Below, one piece after another: positions 12,778-28,100 of a stretch of DNA of 64,000 nt. The stretch covers positions 7,068,001 to 7,132,000 of the forward strand of contig OZ281497.1 in NCBI GenBank assembly GCA_965637545.1, read 5' to 3'. Source of the DNA: Phallusia mammillata. Its lineage: Eukaryota. The position numbers and the translations under genes are program-made. Under the pieces are notes generated by a model, which was not told the DNA's origin, searched no databases, and worked only from the letters and a program-made list of their open reading frames with translations. Within the stretch, counting starts at the first letter, position 1; the number at the start of each line of letters is the position of its first letter.

Positions 12778-14328
12778 CTCTATACCAAGCGACAGAGCAT
12801 CTCGGTCAGATCTGCAAAAAACTCTAGCAGGTGACGTTCGCAGAACCGTCAATCTGATAGTCACGCTTGATAACCTTTGATAAATTCGGCTCAGTTAACG
12901 CGTTGGAGGTCACGAGTCTATTTATGTGAAAACAAGCTTTACGTCGCCTTTGAGAGGCTTGAGACCACGTCGCGACACACCAAGCTTTCTCACGCTTCTT
13001 CACTCGGCGGCGTTAGGTTTAAAAGTGAATAAATCAAATATTTCAAGGTTGAACAGCAAAGGCGTGCTTTAGTAAGCATTTATAGCTGAACATAGGTATT
13101 AGGCTTAAATACGAATTTCTTAACTATAAGTAAACTTTTGTTGCATCAGTTTGAAAAAAGTTATCCCCAATACATGTATTCACAACATGCTAACATATAT
13201 CTGATTTAGCCATTCTTAAAGTTTGCGTTTGATAGTGTAGGTAAATTGTTACATTACTTAAGCTACAATTCAAACAAAGAATTTCGTTTTCCTTTGACAC
13301 TTCGTGTTTTGCCCATACGTATGTCTGTTGACTGCCGGAAACGTTATCATTTACATTTTGTATCATTCCGAGAGCATCAATTTGGCTGCGTATGCTTCGC
13401 TGGTGGCTGTGATTACTAGATCACTTGAAATGCCAATCACGCTTGTTTCCCACTTACACTCACTGTTATTCGATAACACCTGTGCATCGATATTTACTGC
13501 TAATAAGCTTAGCGGATTAAGCTACTTGAAACGTGGCTTAAGATCGACGTGGGAAATAAACAGGTTTTGGGCGAGAGAACAAAGATGTCGTAGTTTTGCA
13601 GTTAATTCTTGTAATAGCGCATTTTGTGTGAAATTTGCGGTTACTACTTGGAGATAATATGGTTGTCACGTCATATGACGCTTCATTAAACGCTTACGCT
13701 ATATTGTGGTCAGGTTGTACAGCTTTAAAACTTTGCTACGGTAATTTTAATAGGCACATTTTCAGGTTCCGATTTGGCTAATTTTAATGTTGTTAGTCGT
13801 AAACTGTGCGTAAATAAAATATTTACATGACAACCTACATTGAGTAACTAACCAGCGAAATAAAATATGTTTCTTTCTAACTAAGAATCAATACGATGTT
13901 ATCTTACAACATCCTTTTGCGAAAATACCCGTTTCACTATATGGCACTTAAGGAATTTTTCAAATTGACGTTAAATGACATTTGTTTTTTGACAAGACTT
14001 TAATATTTTCATGTGGAGATTTTTAATATAAAAAATGATAGTTTGACTGAGCGATTGGCGACTACGCTCTACAGCAAGTGACCTCCCCGTAACCCCGTAT
14101 TGGCAGTAGGATTAACCCAGTTGTCTCCCGGCATGGCACCGGCCCTGTTGAAGAAGTTAGCCTTTGTAAAAAGGTGAACTATTGAACCACAGTGGTGCTA
14201 CACAAATGATAAAATAAACTCGAAAAAGGTCAAAATGCATATTATTTGTTAACATTAAACTTTTTTAAAATAAAAATACAGCAAAACCCCTTAAAAATAT
14301 CTAATCAGTAAAGTGAAAGGTCTTATTT

Positions 14329-14659
14329 CAGGGGTTCCCAAACTTTTTTGGTCTGTGGCCCAAATGTCTATTTAATAGCGATTCGCGGCTCACTGCGTGC
14401 GGTGAATTTGGACACAAACAAAAAAAAAACTCAAAAAAGGGCGAAATGGTTTCTAACAATTTATTTTTAATGAGATGCATGGTCCTGAAATTTGGTTAAA
14501 AGATTCGAAATTCTTTGCAAATATTATCTTTTTCAAAACAAAGCGCATAATATCTACAGTATAACAAAACAGTAGAATCTGTTCAAATGGCTCTGTGGCC
14601 CATTGAAAATGTCTTGGTGGCCTAGTACTGGGCCATGGCCCACAGTTTGGGAAACACAG
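14329..14659. mobile_element. hAT-type MITE, 331 bp
   Basis: TIRs CAGGGGTTCCCAAACT / AGTTTGGGAAACACAG; 8-bp TSD TCTTATTT at 14321-14328 and 14660-14667; subterminal GGCCC motifs. Confidence 0.85.
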
Positions 14660-17237
14660 TCTTATTTAGGGTGTTTTTTCTCATTGAACTTCTTTTGTTA
14701 AACAACCATTGTTTCATCACATTCACTACATTGATTTACCTTACTGCGTAATTCTTAGGACGGATTTAACAGAACTTATCTAAAACATGTGGCGACTAAT
14801 GCACTTGGCATGCGTCCCGAATTGAGTTTGAATTGCCTACAAGTGCAAACATTTGCGCAGCAGTTTGCCCATCGTAAATGCAGTCCAGCAGTTCGGTAAT
14901 GGCCGCTATGCATTGGTAAAGTGGTCCAAATTGCTAAGTTAATTTGTCTAGCCCAAACAAAGGCATGTACATTGAAATCAGGTTGTCAAAGTTTTAAGAG
15001 GTCCCAAAGTTGTTCAGAAACGCTCAATATTAACATTCTGAAACCTATTTTCTACTAACGTACACATCGAAAAGTAAAATCAAACTGTGTGTAATGTTTT
15101 CGAAATGATAATGGCATTTTGGAAAACAATTCTGTAAACAAAGACCGTATTTAATGGTCCACTTTAAATAAAGAATACTCCAAACCAGACTCCAGACATC
15201 ATCATTAAGTCATTTTTGTTTACTCACCTGAGGGTTGGGTAAAGTTATCTTTTTTCAGTTGACAACTAAACCAAAAGCAGCAGACTTGCTAGCAAAACTT
15301 TAACGCGCCAGTGGCGATGAATTAACCCTTGCAAGCAGTAAACAATCACAACACGTTCTCACAGGTCTTGCCAAGTCCGTTAACGCCCAGACAAAGCAAG
15401 ACCAGGAAATTAGATGCAAGGCAATTAGTCCAACTTCTGTTGTTCGTTCGTCTGCTGTAATCTGTAATGGAACAATGCTGACAATGCATCCTTGTTTAAA
15501 ACACAATGGCTGTAAAACAGAGAAAAACTTGCTTTGATTAGAGGTAAATACTTTAAATAAAGGATAATAATGGTCAAGGTTGATTTCGCAACACGAATAG
15601 AGCTAAACCATATTGTTATCACAGATATGCAATCAGTTGTTTTTTCGATTTTGTCAGGCTTACTATCAAAATTTTTTGGAATTTCGGTGAGATGGAAGTT
15701 TTTCGCAATGGACGGTACAGTTTTTTTTCAAAAATAAAACAAAAAACATAGATCTTACGACACCGTTTAGCATGCCCTTGAACTCTTAACTATAGGTCGA
15801 ACTAATTTTGTCATTCATTATATCACGTGTGGGGCCACCAGCAGGGTGCTGTACAGTGTTTGGTGAATGGAGTTGTTATCATCAGTAACAACGGTACAGG
15901 AGTTCGGTGTGATTGCGTCCAGTAATCGGACACTGCTGCGCATTCAAACTTCTATCGCGATTCCGAAATGCCTGAACTGACGCCCGTGGTAAAATGCTAA
16001 CCTTTTGTTTGTGGTAATATGAGAAATTCATCACACCAAAGGTGACGTTGGTGACGGTATAGAACGTTTGAAAAGCAGGTGCATTTAATGTATGAATTAA
16101 AAGATTGTGTGGTGTTGAGTCATTCTAACTTCAGACATTATAGGTGGAAGAAATTTTTCTAACTCTAGCTAAATTTATGCTTCCAAATATAAAATTTGTT
16201 GTTATTTTTGTTGCCCCCAAACCACAATAGAATAGAAATTCCTTTGTAATGTTTTAAATCCCAAAGTTATTGGCGGTTATCCCCGTTATCTGTATCATTT
16301 GAGCTAACGCCTATTCCATCTAAAAACAACTGTTGTTGAATAAAAACCCAACTTAAACGAACCGCTTTGAAATCTAACCACTATTACGTATCGGTGACTA
16401 ATCGAGACACAAAGAAGCCTAGATACCTGAAAGGCGCAACGTTCCTTAGCCAAAAAAACGCAACAAAAAACTCGGACAAAAGTTTCAGATCAAAAGGTTG
16501 CAATGGCACCTGGTCACATCAGACCCTTTTCAGCAAAACCTCTGTTTACAGGGTAGACAACTTTTCTGGGCCTATCGTAGGGAGAGTTGGGCGCCTGGCT
16601 GTCAGACTGTCCTTTATTTCGACTTTATCGACACTTGAAAACGATCTATTGCTGGCGCTGGTTATGTATGGTGGTCTGTAAAATACTAAATTGGTACGAC
16701 ATATAAGGTGGTAGAGACTAAATTGACACGACAAAGGCTATTAGGTTTTCATTAAGACTACATATTCTAGTGTTACACAGGGTAAAATTTATACCACGTG
16801 GGCTACCCCTTTATATATCACGAATTAATGACATGTCTACTATCGAAAATCAGCCAAAAAAATCTATACTTCCATGTGTATACACCGTGTAAATATTTTA
16901 TTGGTAACGTGATGTTTTAATAAACAGCAATATAGGACAACTGGATATTAACTAAAATGAGGCACTTATTTCATTGTTTGTATGATTTTATTGATAAGAG
17001 TACTATTTCTCCCATCCGTCTGTGTAGGCGTGATCGAAATTTTCAGTAAGCGGTAAAAGTCAGCGCCCAATAACGTTACGCAATCTGTCCCCCAGTCAAT
17101 TTCGGTAACTTGGTCCTAATTCCAAATGATTCATATCAGAAAAGCGGAAATTGGACCGCCAGTCGGGCTAAAATATCACCTAGAAACACCGTCTTACCAA
17201 ATACAGACAGCATTTGTCGTGGTTCCAGTATCTATAA

Positions 17238-17780
17238 CAGTGGTTCTTAACCTTTTTGGGAAGGTTTCCCACTAAAGTCGATCACCAAGTTTGAATTTCC
17301 CCCTCTGTTATTTTTATAAAGATGTTTTGTGCTCGACGTTAACAAACATTTTTATTTTTTGATTGAAATACTTTTGTGAAGCGGTTTGGTCTGGACCATA
17401 TAGGCTTACTGCAATGTTATTTAGTTTGAATAGTGCTACCGTGAGAGAGTAAAAGTGTGTGGAATATTGAAATGTCCTTTCTGTTGCATTACTCATTTTT
17501 TGATCACAATCAACAAAGGGAAGGCATTTATTCGCGCACAATAACAAAAGCATTGATATTTTAGACATGTCTGTGATGTAACAAACAGCCTTTTTACACT
17601 AGGTGAAACTAATCTTACATGTTGTTGCAAAAAAACTGTTGTAAATTAACTTTTAATATTAATTCAAGGCCGGATTCGACTGGCGGGCCGGAGTGTGATT
17701 ACTCCCGACTTACAAAATTTCCCTCTGAATGCAACGAATTTCCCACTAGTGGGAAATTTCCCACCGGTTAAGAATCACTG
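17238..17780. mobile_element. hAT-type MITE, 543 bp
   Basis: TIRs CAGTGGTTCTTAACC / GGTTAAGAATCACTG; 8-bp TSD ATCTATAA at 17230-17237 and 17781-17788. Confidence 0.88.
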
Positions 17781-19106
17781 ATCTATAATTTCCTACTCAT
17801 AAACATATTTTAATACTCTTGAAAGGTCATCAAAGAAATTCATAGTTACACCGGAATAATAACTTTACTAAGATACCACATAATACTTAAACCCATTTTA
17901 CTTGATTTAGCCTACCTATTTACATATTCTTATTGTGTAAATCATTCTCAAAATAGGCAAGAACCCGAAGCGTATAAATTTGCATTGAGTGAGACCGAGA
18001 TAGAATTGTGGAAAATGAACTAAAGATTCGGCGAAACAATTGACTGAAATTCCGCCTAATCTTGTGCAACAAATAGTTCTCCCATGAACCTTTCCCATCA
18101 ACAATGGGAGAAAGGCACTTGAACTACAGTGACCTCACCAGCTTCTGTTTAAGGCGCAGTCAGGTGTAACGTATTCTCAGTCACGCAACGACGGCCAGGA
18201 AATGATGCCTTGTGTCCCACGCAATAACTTGGCACACGCGCAGTGACGTCATAATCTTTCACAAATAAATGATTGACGAACTTTGAAACGTGTGTACTGA
18301 ACATTAATCGCGAAACGTTTCGGGTTGGTCTCTTTTCTGTCTGACAGTAAAAGTTTTAGATGCTTCAGGCAACTAGTCAGTTTTAAAACATTTGATTGTA
18401 TCTCTTAAATTTGAGAGTCAGATATAAAACAAAACTACAAAAACTAGTTTCATCTGGTTGATACAACAAAAAAGCATAGACATGTGATGTAGAAAAAATC
18501 GAATTCTGTAAAGTTTTACTTGCAGCCAAGAAAACACGTTGTCAAACGTTGATTAGGAGGAACGTAGGTTTTAAACTACAAAGCAAGTGTGAAAAGTTTT
18601 GTTTTAAACTTCCATACTAGAAGATTAGGACAGATCCATTAATTTGGCGTCGCTTTAATTAAATTGTCGAAGGCCCGTCTGCTGCTTGCCAACGTTTGCA
18701 CTCGAGCCTTCTCTTTTTGTCCGTCTTCTCTCGTGCCCATTAGCAAGTTGCAAGAAAAAGGAAAAAGGCGTGGGCAGCGGTGCGTGACTGGTGCCTGAAG
18801 TGACGATTGAACGAGCATTCATCAGCAAGCCACCCACCAGAAGAAGTGTAGAGATTTTGTTTGAAAGTTGTTTTTAATCAATTTTGCATTTGCAGGTGCT
18901 CTAAAGGTTGTTCATTACAAAACGGATAGGTTTGGTTTGTTTTAGGTTGTACACGTTAGGAAAACTATGTGTATTGTGCATAAGATATAAGGCGAAGTTA
19001 CCAAGTGGATTTTGCCTAATGGGTTGTTTTTTACTATTACTTTATTCAGATCTAGACCAATTTTAGCCAAACAGTGTGTGCTAGTGAAGCTTGTTTTGTT
19101 TTCAAA

Positions 19107-22100
19107 ATGTGGAAAGAGAGCGAGTTTAGCTCAAAACGCGACGACGATAGTGCTATCGGAGATTCGCCAAACAACTCTGCCGGCGAGGAAAGCATTAATT
19201 CCCGCCGAAAATCGTCGACGTCCGACGATCTGGAGGACGAACGCGACTTAGCCTTTAACAACTTGAATCAAAAGCTTGGTATTAAAGTGCCTTCGTGCCT
19301 GCTACGCAACGCTGAAGAAAGCCCTGAGCGCTGCAAGTCAGTCAATGGGATTACACCAACAAAAAGTACAAAAGCAAAGAGAGTTATAAAAGTGCTACCA
19401 GCAAACGCTGTACTAGCCCCGAAAACGGATTTGGAAAAACAAGCAGCAAGGACGAAAAAGTCACCTAGCATGGATAGTAACTCAGGAACCGAAGTTTTTC
19501 AAGCCAAGCTACATCACTTGTTGTTTGAGATGGTAAGTGTTTCAAGATATTTTTAAGTCATATATACCTATCTAGCTTAGCTACAAAACAAAGATTTGAT
19601 AAAAACGTTGTTGTCGAAATTCGAAAACCTTTTGTCTTGGATGGGCCAGCGCTTGCCCATTAATATGATTGCGTAATCGTTCGTTTTAGTTCGAGGATGT
19701 CGTTTGATCCTATCTTGTTGTGTATAAGCAGGCAATTTACCAGTTTTATAAAGTGTGCTTTAGTGTTTGGCCACGCTTTTCACACTTCGTGTGGCCCACG
19801 TATTCTTATTCGCTTGTTTGGTGTCCCTAAGATCAATATTGCACCCGTCTGTATTGGACAGGTCATGTAACACATTTGCACATTGGTTTCATTGGATTTC
19901 TGCAAACAAAGGCTTTCTCGTGTACTGGTTTTGAATAATTGAAGTTAAGACGCCGGGCTACAAGCTTGAAACCATGGCAATGCGCCGGTGCCGTTCTTGA
20001 CGAACTGTTGTGAAAAGGAACGTCGAACACTCTTTTGCGGGGTCGTCGCCCGATAAGGGCCTTACTCTTATTTGCTTTCTTTGGCTGTTAACATGATTAA
20101 TCGATCTGTCAATCTGTTCCTTGTTTGACCCACTTCTTTAATTTGTTGAAGATATAAGGGTGAAGCCTACATCAAAAACTATACAAAGGCTTAATATACA
20201 CAACGTTGGGGATGAAATATGTGGTGTCTTTGACTGGAGTTGTCTCAGAGTCATGATGTAGTTGATTTGAAGCTTATCTTTTGCCCAGTAGTTTTAGATA
20301 TGTTATAAATTGATTACAAGTTTTTTTTCACATTTTTATCTCTACATCCAACAAAGTGTCATTAGCTTTATACAATGAAACTCTCACCAAAAAAGAGTCA
20401 GATGGGCTTTTCATTTTACAGAATGATATTAAAAGTGCTTGGATAGAAAACATTACTTCTAACTACAGATAACGATGGAATAGATTTAGTGATTTCTTGT
20501 TAACTTAATCGTATAGAGCATTTCTATTTTTTACTCAATGCATTTGCTCATATATCAATACAAAAGCATATCTATGTAAGATATAAAAGGATTAGTCTAT
20601 ATTGCCTTTATACTAAGAATATGCAACCTATTGGCAATAATTGGTAACCCTACCCAAATCAAAACAATGAGCTTTTGAGGGAATCAAACAGATGGCATTG
20701 TTACCTGTTGAAGCACCTTTCCTGAACTGTAATGTTATGTATCCATTGGTCTTCCTGCAATCATTGTTCCTTACAATAGTTGTGATCTGGTTGACAACAT
20801 TCTTTGGTTTTGTTGGAGTGCCAGTCATTGTTGGAAGTATACTCAGTGAGGTCATGTACCTATAAATGACTTGTGGGGCTTCATATAACACTGGCAATTT
20901 TAAACACAGGAAGGTTTTCTATAATAATATGTTTGAATTAATTTGTGGTGTCCTTTGATATATTAACCATGATGCTTGGATACATTTATTTCAGCATTGT
21001 ACAAAAAATGCTAAATTTTAAATTCTATAAGGTTATAATAAATCATATGTTTTGCGAAATCATAATATTTCACTTCTGATAAACAAAAGACTCAAGTAGG
21101 TGAAAAAAAAGCAGCGGACTAAAACACAGTTTGTGACAGATAGTTTACATATCTTCGGAATCAATCTATATTTAACTATATTGAATGACGTTGCAAATGA
21201 CTTCATGATTGTTCATACATCTCAAAACGAACCCAATTTCCTGAACGCAAAACGCCCATAAAATCTCCCAACGCCCCCACAGGCCTTCTGTGATAAAAAA
21301 ATCTGTCGTCACGACCGAGTGCCCATGGCCAGTCGCTTACAAAACCGTCCCGATCGGTTTCACGCTGTTTAACGTTTAAAAGGCGCCGAATCGTTGATTT
21401 GGAACCGCTTGTCTGTGACGTCACAATGGAAACGCAATCCGGCCTGAATTCGAACCGCGACGCTTGCGTGCGGACGCGGTGTTTCAGGGACGCGGTTTTG
21501 CCCCAGCCACACCTGGGCAAAACATACAATCCCACACTAAAGGAACGTTTGTCATCAGTTAGGGCAATAACCTGAACCATATTGAACTGGTAACAGGAGC
21601 TACGGCGTCTGGCGTTTCTTGGTATCTGTCTGATGTTCAGAACAGCACACTTGTGTGTTGATGTAGTCTCGGCAATGTAAAAGCAATTATTTGCTGTGGC
21701 AGCCCAAACGTCGCACTCCGACCATAGTTTTACCGGGTACGCATAAGCCTTTGCACGAAATGGGTGTTAACTGTGTACCAAACAAATTTCGAAGAAGATT
21801 GTGTGTGTTGTAACAGATGAACTTAATCACAGAAATCAGGATGTTGCAATGTATTTTTGGCTCTTACCCTAAGGGTATCGTGAACTTGTGACAAAAAAGT
21901 TCTGCATTTCCATTGTACTTAAATACGTGTAAGACAAAAAATGGTACATGGACCACCAAAGGTCCTTGACATGGCGATGTAATTGAGTCACTAACCCTCA
22001 CCGAAGTGACTTTCCATGTCACAGGCCATGTCCGCATGTTTACGCTTCTCTAATCGTTTTTACATCCAGCGTTTTGTAATCCCTTAGTGCAAGGACCACT

Positions 22101-25100
22101 AATACGTCGCAACGCACTTTCAATGTACCAGCGAAGGTAATCGTTCCTACGCCTTGCGCTGGTGACATGGAACTACACACAAGCCTGGAAAATAGCTTGT
22201 CACCCCCTAAAGTGGCGTCTCTGTGGCGCCGTTCCTCATCTGCTTAAAACAATAAGCAAAGGTTCATTGAGAAATCGACTGCAACTGAAGCTGTGATAGG
22301 CATTCGTGCAGTTTTTGTGGTCTTGCATCACCACTGCTTAGTCACCGATTGCACGAGTTGTAAGTTTTATGTTTAATGCCCAGCCTTTTGACTGTGTGTG
22401 GTTTACAAACTGGTCACAAGAAACTTGTATTGTACAACTTGATTTCTAAATTGAGCCGTTTGTCCTCTTTTGGAAGCACGCACACAAATCTTTAAAAGCT
22501 TGAAATGATACCATTCACTTTGTCTTTTTATATTGGCTTGTTACTTGATACAGCAGATACGAAACTATACCACATCGACAGCGTCCCATTCGAATTAAAC
22601 CCACAACCGGACAGAAAGAGTTTCATGACATCTGTTATATTTGCACAGCTTTGTGTGTAAATTGATCCGCAGTTGTTGCGCTGGGTATTACAAGAGTTTT
22701 TTTTTTTCAGCACCATTGCGATAGACCGTCCCCACGCAATTTTACCCTTGACCTGGTAAACTGGATTACCGAGGCAAGCTGTTCTGTGCACTATCGTCCT
22801 AATATCTGTCCTATCATAACATTCCCGTCAATTCACTGACGAAAAGTCCGTGTAGTTGTGCAATGCAAACAGGTTTGCCCAGACGTGCTGGAATGAATAC
22901 GTTACGACACACGGCGCGACTCGAGCTTTTTATGACCGACCTGAGTCGTTCTGGTCGATTGTAAACTGGGTCGAGATTTAGGGATTACGTAATCAAGCAA
23001 CATTCCAACCTTTACTTAATTATTCTACCCGGGCTTTACTGCTTGTAAAAACATTCGAACAACCTTTGATTTCTACCTTTAAAATGTAAGCGCGAATGTT
23101 TTAAAATCTACAAGTTCACGTCGCTCACACTAAACAAACTTCAGAAACTAAAGATAAACAGTTTTGTGTCTGTGTTGGTAAATCTTAGGTGCGACTATTT
23201 GTTAGTCCTCGATCTTATTGCTGTTTGAATACAGAGTTTTTTGTGTTTATAAAATTAATATTGTTTTGTTTTAGTATCAGTAAAAGTACTATTAGTTTTG
23301 CTCGTGTAAATCCATTAGGTTAAACGTATAGCTCAGTCGGAGTTTTTGAATTAAAGGGTAGTATTTTCAAAATACATGTGACTTGCCCTAATTGTCCTGT
23401 ATATGTTGAGGTGTGGTGTTCCCACCCAGAGCTTATTACTATCTCTCTGTCTCTAAAACCACATCGTATAATACATAAAAACCTGTCATTTCCTTTCACA
23501 ATTTCGCCTTACCCCAAGCACTGACGTCACCATATGAAACCTGTTATTTGCTTTCGTCAATTTTTCGTCGAAAACACAATTCAAAGAATCTCAGTCCAGA
23601 AACAAATCCTCTTGTGTGAACGGCACATTGTTTCTATTTGTCTGGCCTTCTGTCATATGTATATACCACACAGAGGAATGCCCCTAAAATGCATACAAGG
23701 AGTGGGCGGTAATCAAGTATTATCAGCTGGGTAAACTCTACATTGATAAGATTTTGCGTTCCAGGATAACCACTTCGAATGAGATACTTGGTTACTGGGG
23801 AAATGTATTGCACCTGGTTGTTCCAATCACCTTTAATATTGTATGTAGAAACTTTTGTTTCAGTGAACCTCTCTGTCCATACTGTACTCTTGTTGTGGCT
23901 CTTTGATGTTGTTGATGTGGTGTTTTTAACAGCCCTGTTGTCCTGTATAGAGCGATGGATGTCAAAGCGTTGAACGTTTGTAAAAGAAACTTTATCAGTC
24001 CCAAGTAATTCGTATTGCGGTGCAAAGGTTTTGTGAAGTTATCCTGCAATGAACGTGTCATAAAATGAACTTTAAACACGCTTGTGACTTGGTCCAGTGC
24101 AATGATTAACTAAAGAGACCTTTACCAGAGCAGTTGCCCGGCTACAAACATAGTATAGGCGCGTTCCTGGTCATATAACATCCAAATATTGCAATGGTTC
24201 CGAAAACGAATCATAAAATAAGCCGATATAAACCCACGGATCAAGAAATATTTCTCAAGTCCTTGCTGTATCTAATCCGACAGAATCTTTATAAAGTGGT
24301 TTGCCTGGCTTGGTGCAATATTGATTTGGCGTCATGCATCCACGTCAGACGCATGACCTTGCAGGCAGATTACTTGTGTCGTACCAAGTCGAAAACGTTA
24401 CACCCTTCCCTACAGGAATATAAACAAACCACACACGTTACTACTACTTGGTATTTCCTCCATCAAAGCTGATATTTGTCACTTGATGACGAGGGATGAC
24501 AAAACAACATGTTAATTTTGATTTCCGCATGCACAGATGTAGAAGGACCTCTAAAATGTGTCGGTTATCTGTATAGCCGTGTTTTAGTTATGTATTGTTC
24601 CGTTTATCCTGCCCAAGGCAACAAAAAATCAAGTGTGCGGTTTTATATTCGGTTACCACGCTCTGCACTATTGAACTGTTATAACAAACCGCCAGCTCTA
24701 CCATCGATTGTTCTCAATTACCACGCTTATTAAGCACCATTCAACATTCAACTTGAACGTGGCTCCTCTTTCCCTTTAACCCTCAAACTTCCACGTATCA
24801 AACCGCCATCAATATCTTTTAAATTATCCGTTTCGAAGAGTCATTAAGTTTCAAATGTGAGACATTTTCTCCCATACACTGGTCCGAATGCAGCCAATTG
24901 GGTGGCTCGTTGTTATAATGACCCGTGCCCTATTCTCAGAGAAGGCCACTTCGACATTTGCGTTGTTTCCGTTCCAAGAAAAGGTCGAAGCGCTTTGACT
25001 TCAATTTGCTGCGCTGTATTTGGGACTGTAAGTCGTGATGGAAATACTTATTACCATTTTTGTTGCAAAGAACTTTTAAAGTTTTAGCTATCTACAAGTG

Positions 25101-28100
25101 TAAGTTTGTACGAATTGGCAAATCATGGTCAAATCGCAGACAATACACCAATGAAGGAAAAAAACGATTGACGGACTTTTCGAACTGCAACAACTAGAAG
25201 TGTTACAAGAACGTGAGGTTTTTGTACCATTTGCAAAACAATGTTTATTGAGCATTGCTCCTATAGAAAACATGTACCATGATATGTGATTTCTGATATA
25301 CAACACGCAGTGATACAGGCCGCATTATGCCTTGCAAAACATACCTTGTCTCACAAGAACCGAGACCGTTGAACAACCCTCCCAGACCGCGCTGCTAATA
25401 TGTACATTGGTGTTGACTCGGTATAATTCCGGCGCAAGGCAACCACAAGCACTGGCGTCCCGGTCTGGTGTTGGAAGTGGCTGCAGAAGAGGATCCTCGA
25501 CTGAGACTCCAACACGACTCGGCCCAGAGCTGTGCTTGAAGAGCTCTCAACAACGTCGGTGTTGTGCCTTCCTTCGGGCTGTTGACTAGCAGGTCTCGTT
25601 TTGTCGATGTGATGGGGTTTTTTGAACGTCGCCAGGCCGACTGTGGTGTGGTCTTATCCGTATCTGAGTTTTTGTGTGCTCCTTGGTTTCGAACTCAACA
25701 AGTGTACTGGAATTTGTGCGGATTATCTTACTATCATGCCGTGATTAATTATCATTAGGCAAATTATACAAATGTTACTGGCATATGAAAATTTTAGGTT
25801 GCAATTCAATATCGCAAAGTGAAATGGGTTTTGGCTCACATTTGAAAAGCTCTTCTACCTTTGGTTGTAATGAGTGTAGTTTGTATCTAAGCTGCACCTA
25901 TTTTTCAAAAACAACAACAACGAACAAACAAGAAAAGAAGCTTTAGGCTCGAATTACCGTCAATTATTTACAACAGTCCGAAGTATTATTCAGGTTGGCA
26001 GTGACAAATGACTTTCGGGTAATAAATTCCAAAACAGCTATAAAATACCACACACGATTTATGGCGAGGAAGAAATAGACTGCATCCAGCGATATAAATT
26101 CCAACAGCATTAATCAAAAACACGCGATAGTTAAATTCCAACTACATTAATCAAAAAGCACCTGATTGTTAATCGATTTGCAACTATACGCTGAAGTCCT
26201 TGCGTGTCGCCTGAATCAATATTGACTTTAGTTTCAAACTTTGTCCGTTCCTCACAACGCCTATCATTAGTCCATGGACTTCCCAGGCGGGCCCAGGTAC
26301 ATTTACCATGTGATGTTTATCTGGCCAATCCAGTGATAGCCTCAAACTTAACCAGGGCCAATTATCACAGCTTTATGGATGTGAAAACTGATAAGGCACG
26401 GACCCTTTTCAGTTTAAACTGGGATTATTGGACTTGCGTGTTTACTTTTGGTGATAAAATCAATTTGTCAATTACGGACGTTTTCAAGCCTTGGGTATTT
26501 GTTCTTTTGGGTTGGTTTTGTGAGGTTCACTCAGTTGACCTATCGACTGCCCCTTTCCCCCCTGAGGTATTGGATTCGGTGATTGAGATTGATTGATTGC
26601 TGAAATGTATCTGATATTGCTGTTAACATGAGTGTTAACTTAACACCTTGTAACAAATTGCCTACAATGTGGGCAACAACGAAATGGTGGATAGCCATTG
26701 CAATAAAGGTTTTGTAATGTAATATGTGCTTGTTTCAACAACGCACAGTGATTTTCAGCATTTTGGAATTCTACCTTGTTGTGAATGTAGTGCGTTTTAC
26801 TCCAAAAGGCTTTAACGAACAAAATTTATTTTTTTAGGCATAATTAATCATCCCTTTTCTAGTATCAATGAGACTGGTTTTTATTTGGTCGTGGTTTAAT
26901 GGCGTTGAGCTTAATACTTACAACGTTGTCGAATCTCCATTATAACTCGCTTTATGTCTCCGATTACAATCCAAACGAGGTTTCTCAAGATAACAATTCT
27001 TTAAGTATTGTCTTTTTCGAATTTAGTCTACAAATTATATTATAGTTATACTTTGCTCTAATGATGTTCTGTCTAGCGAACGTGTTATGTGTTGAGTGTG
27101 TTGACTTATGTTGCGAATTGTTCGAAATCCCAGACAGCCTTTACAATTTTCACCCCGTTTTGACGGGTCACGAGGCAATTCCACGATCGACAAGTATATT
27201 GGGGCAATCTATCACGCTCATAAAGCACTAAACCAGTATCGTGTCTGCATCGCTGTTCTTGGAAGTCAAACATGCTGCAGTTCACCCATAAACCTTTGCA
27301 CATTGTATTGTATGCATGGTGTAACATTGAGAGTGTACCAAACAAATAAGCGACTTGATTATTTAAGAACAGCTGATACTAAGCAACTAGTATGTGTGTT
27401 GATCTGATTCTTTAAACAGACCTTTAGCATGTGGCCCGGTTTTTAACATAATGACAAAGATTTTTTTGAAGCTTTTAACACAAGGGTATTGAATCGATTA
27501 ATGTGTTGAATTTTAATGGTTGTTTCAGAAGCTTGTTACAAACGAATGCGTGTCGGTATACATGTTTTGACCGTAAACTAGAAGAATTGAATCCCCTTTA
27601 TAGCTTTGGCCCTAAACTATTTCATTTGACCCCGCTAAATCCACAGATTTAACTATGTTTCCGCTTTTTGAAACTAATATTTACAAACTTTTAAACGTCA
27701 GGAGTTTGACATTGCAGAAGTCAAGGATTAGTAAAATTATCCAAAGCGTGATTTTGAATTAAATCTGGAAGCGCAATTTGGCCAGGACGACATAATGATT
27801 ACTTGCGTCTTTTTGGTTTCCAAGTTGTCTGGACACCACGCGTGTCAGACAGCAAAAACAGGCCACACATGTCAAATTCAGACTCCTTGCATTTCTCAGC
27901 CGGCCTATTAAAATGCCAATTTCCTCCACTCTAGTGGTTTTCTGCTCTCGGTACCAATTGTTTCTGAAATGTGGCGAATTTGTGTCCGATTAATATAGTT
28001 CACTACCGTTTGATGATATTTTGTTACCGTTGGACGACATTGTAACATTTGGTTTAAATGTCGTTCATTTGGTAATTAACAAACACTTTTCTAAACGGGG

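Noticed and set aside
17314-17568. 84-aa minus-strand ORF as an exon
   Set aside because: Entirely inside the TSD-flanked MITE at 17238-17780.
20150-21100. CpG-poor AT-rich block with an 89-aa ORF
   Set aside because: Possibly an old methylated repeat, but no recognisable motif, TIR or TSD.
18190-23050. CRE, AP-1 and TEAD-like motifs near and within LURAP intron 1
   Set aside because: Short motifs are expected by chance and enhancer function cannot be supported from sequence alone.
25330-26600. GC-richer intronic ORFs (85-130 aa)
   Set aside because: No recognisable domain, no coherent splice pairs, non-ATG starts.
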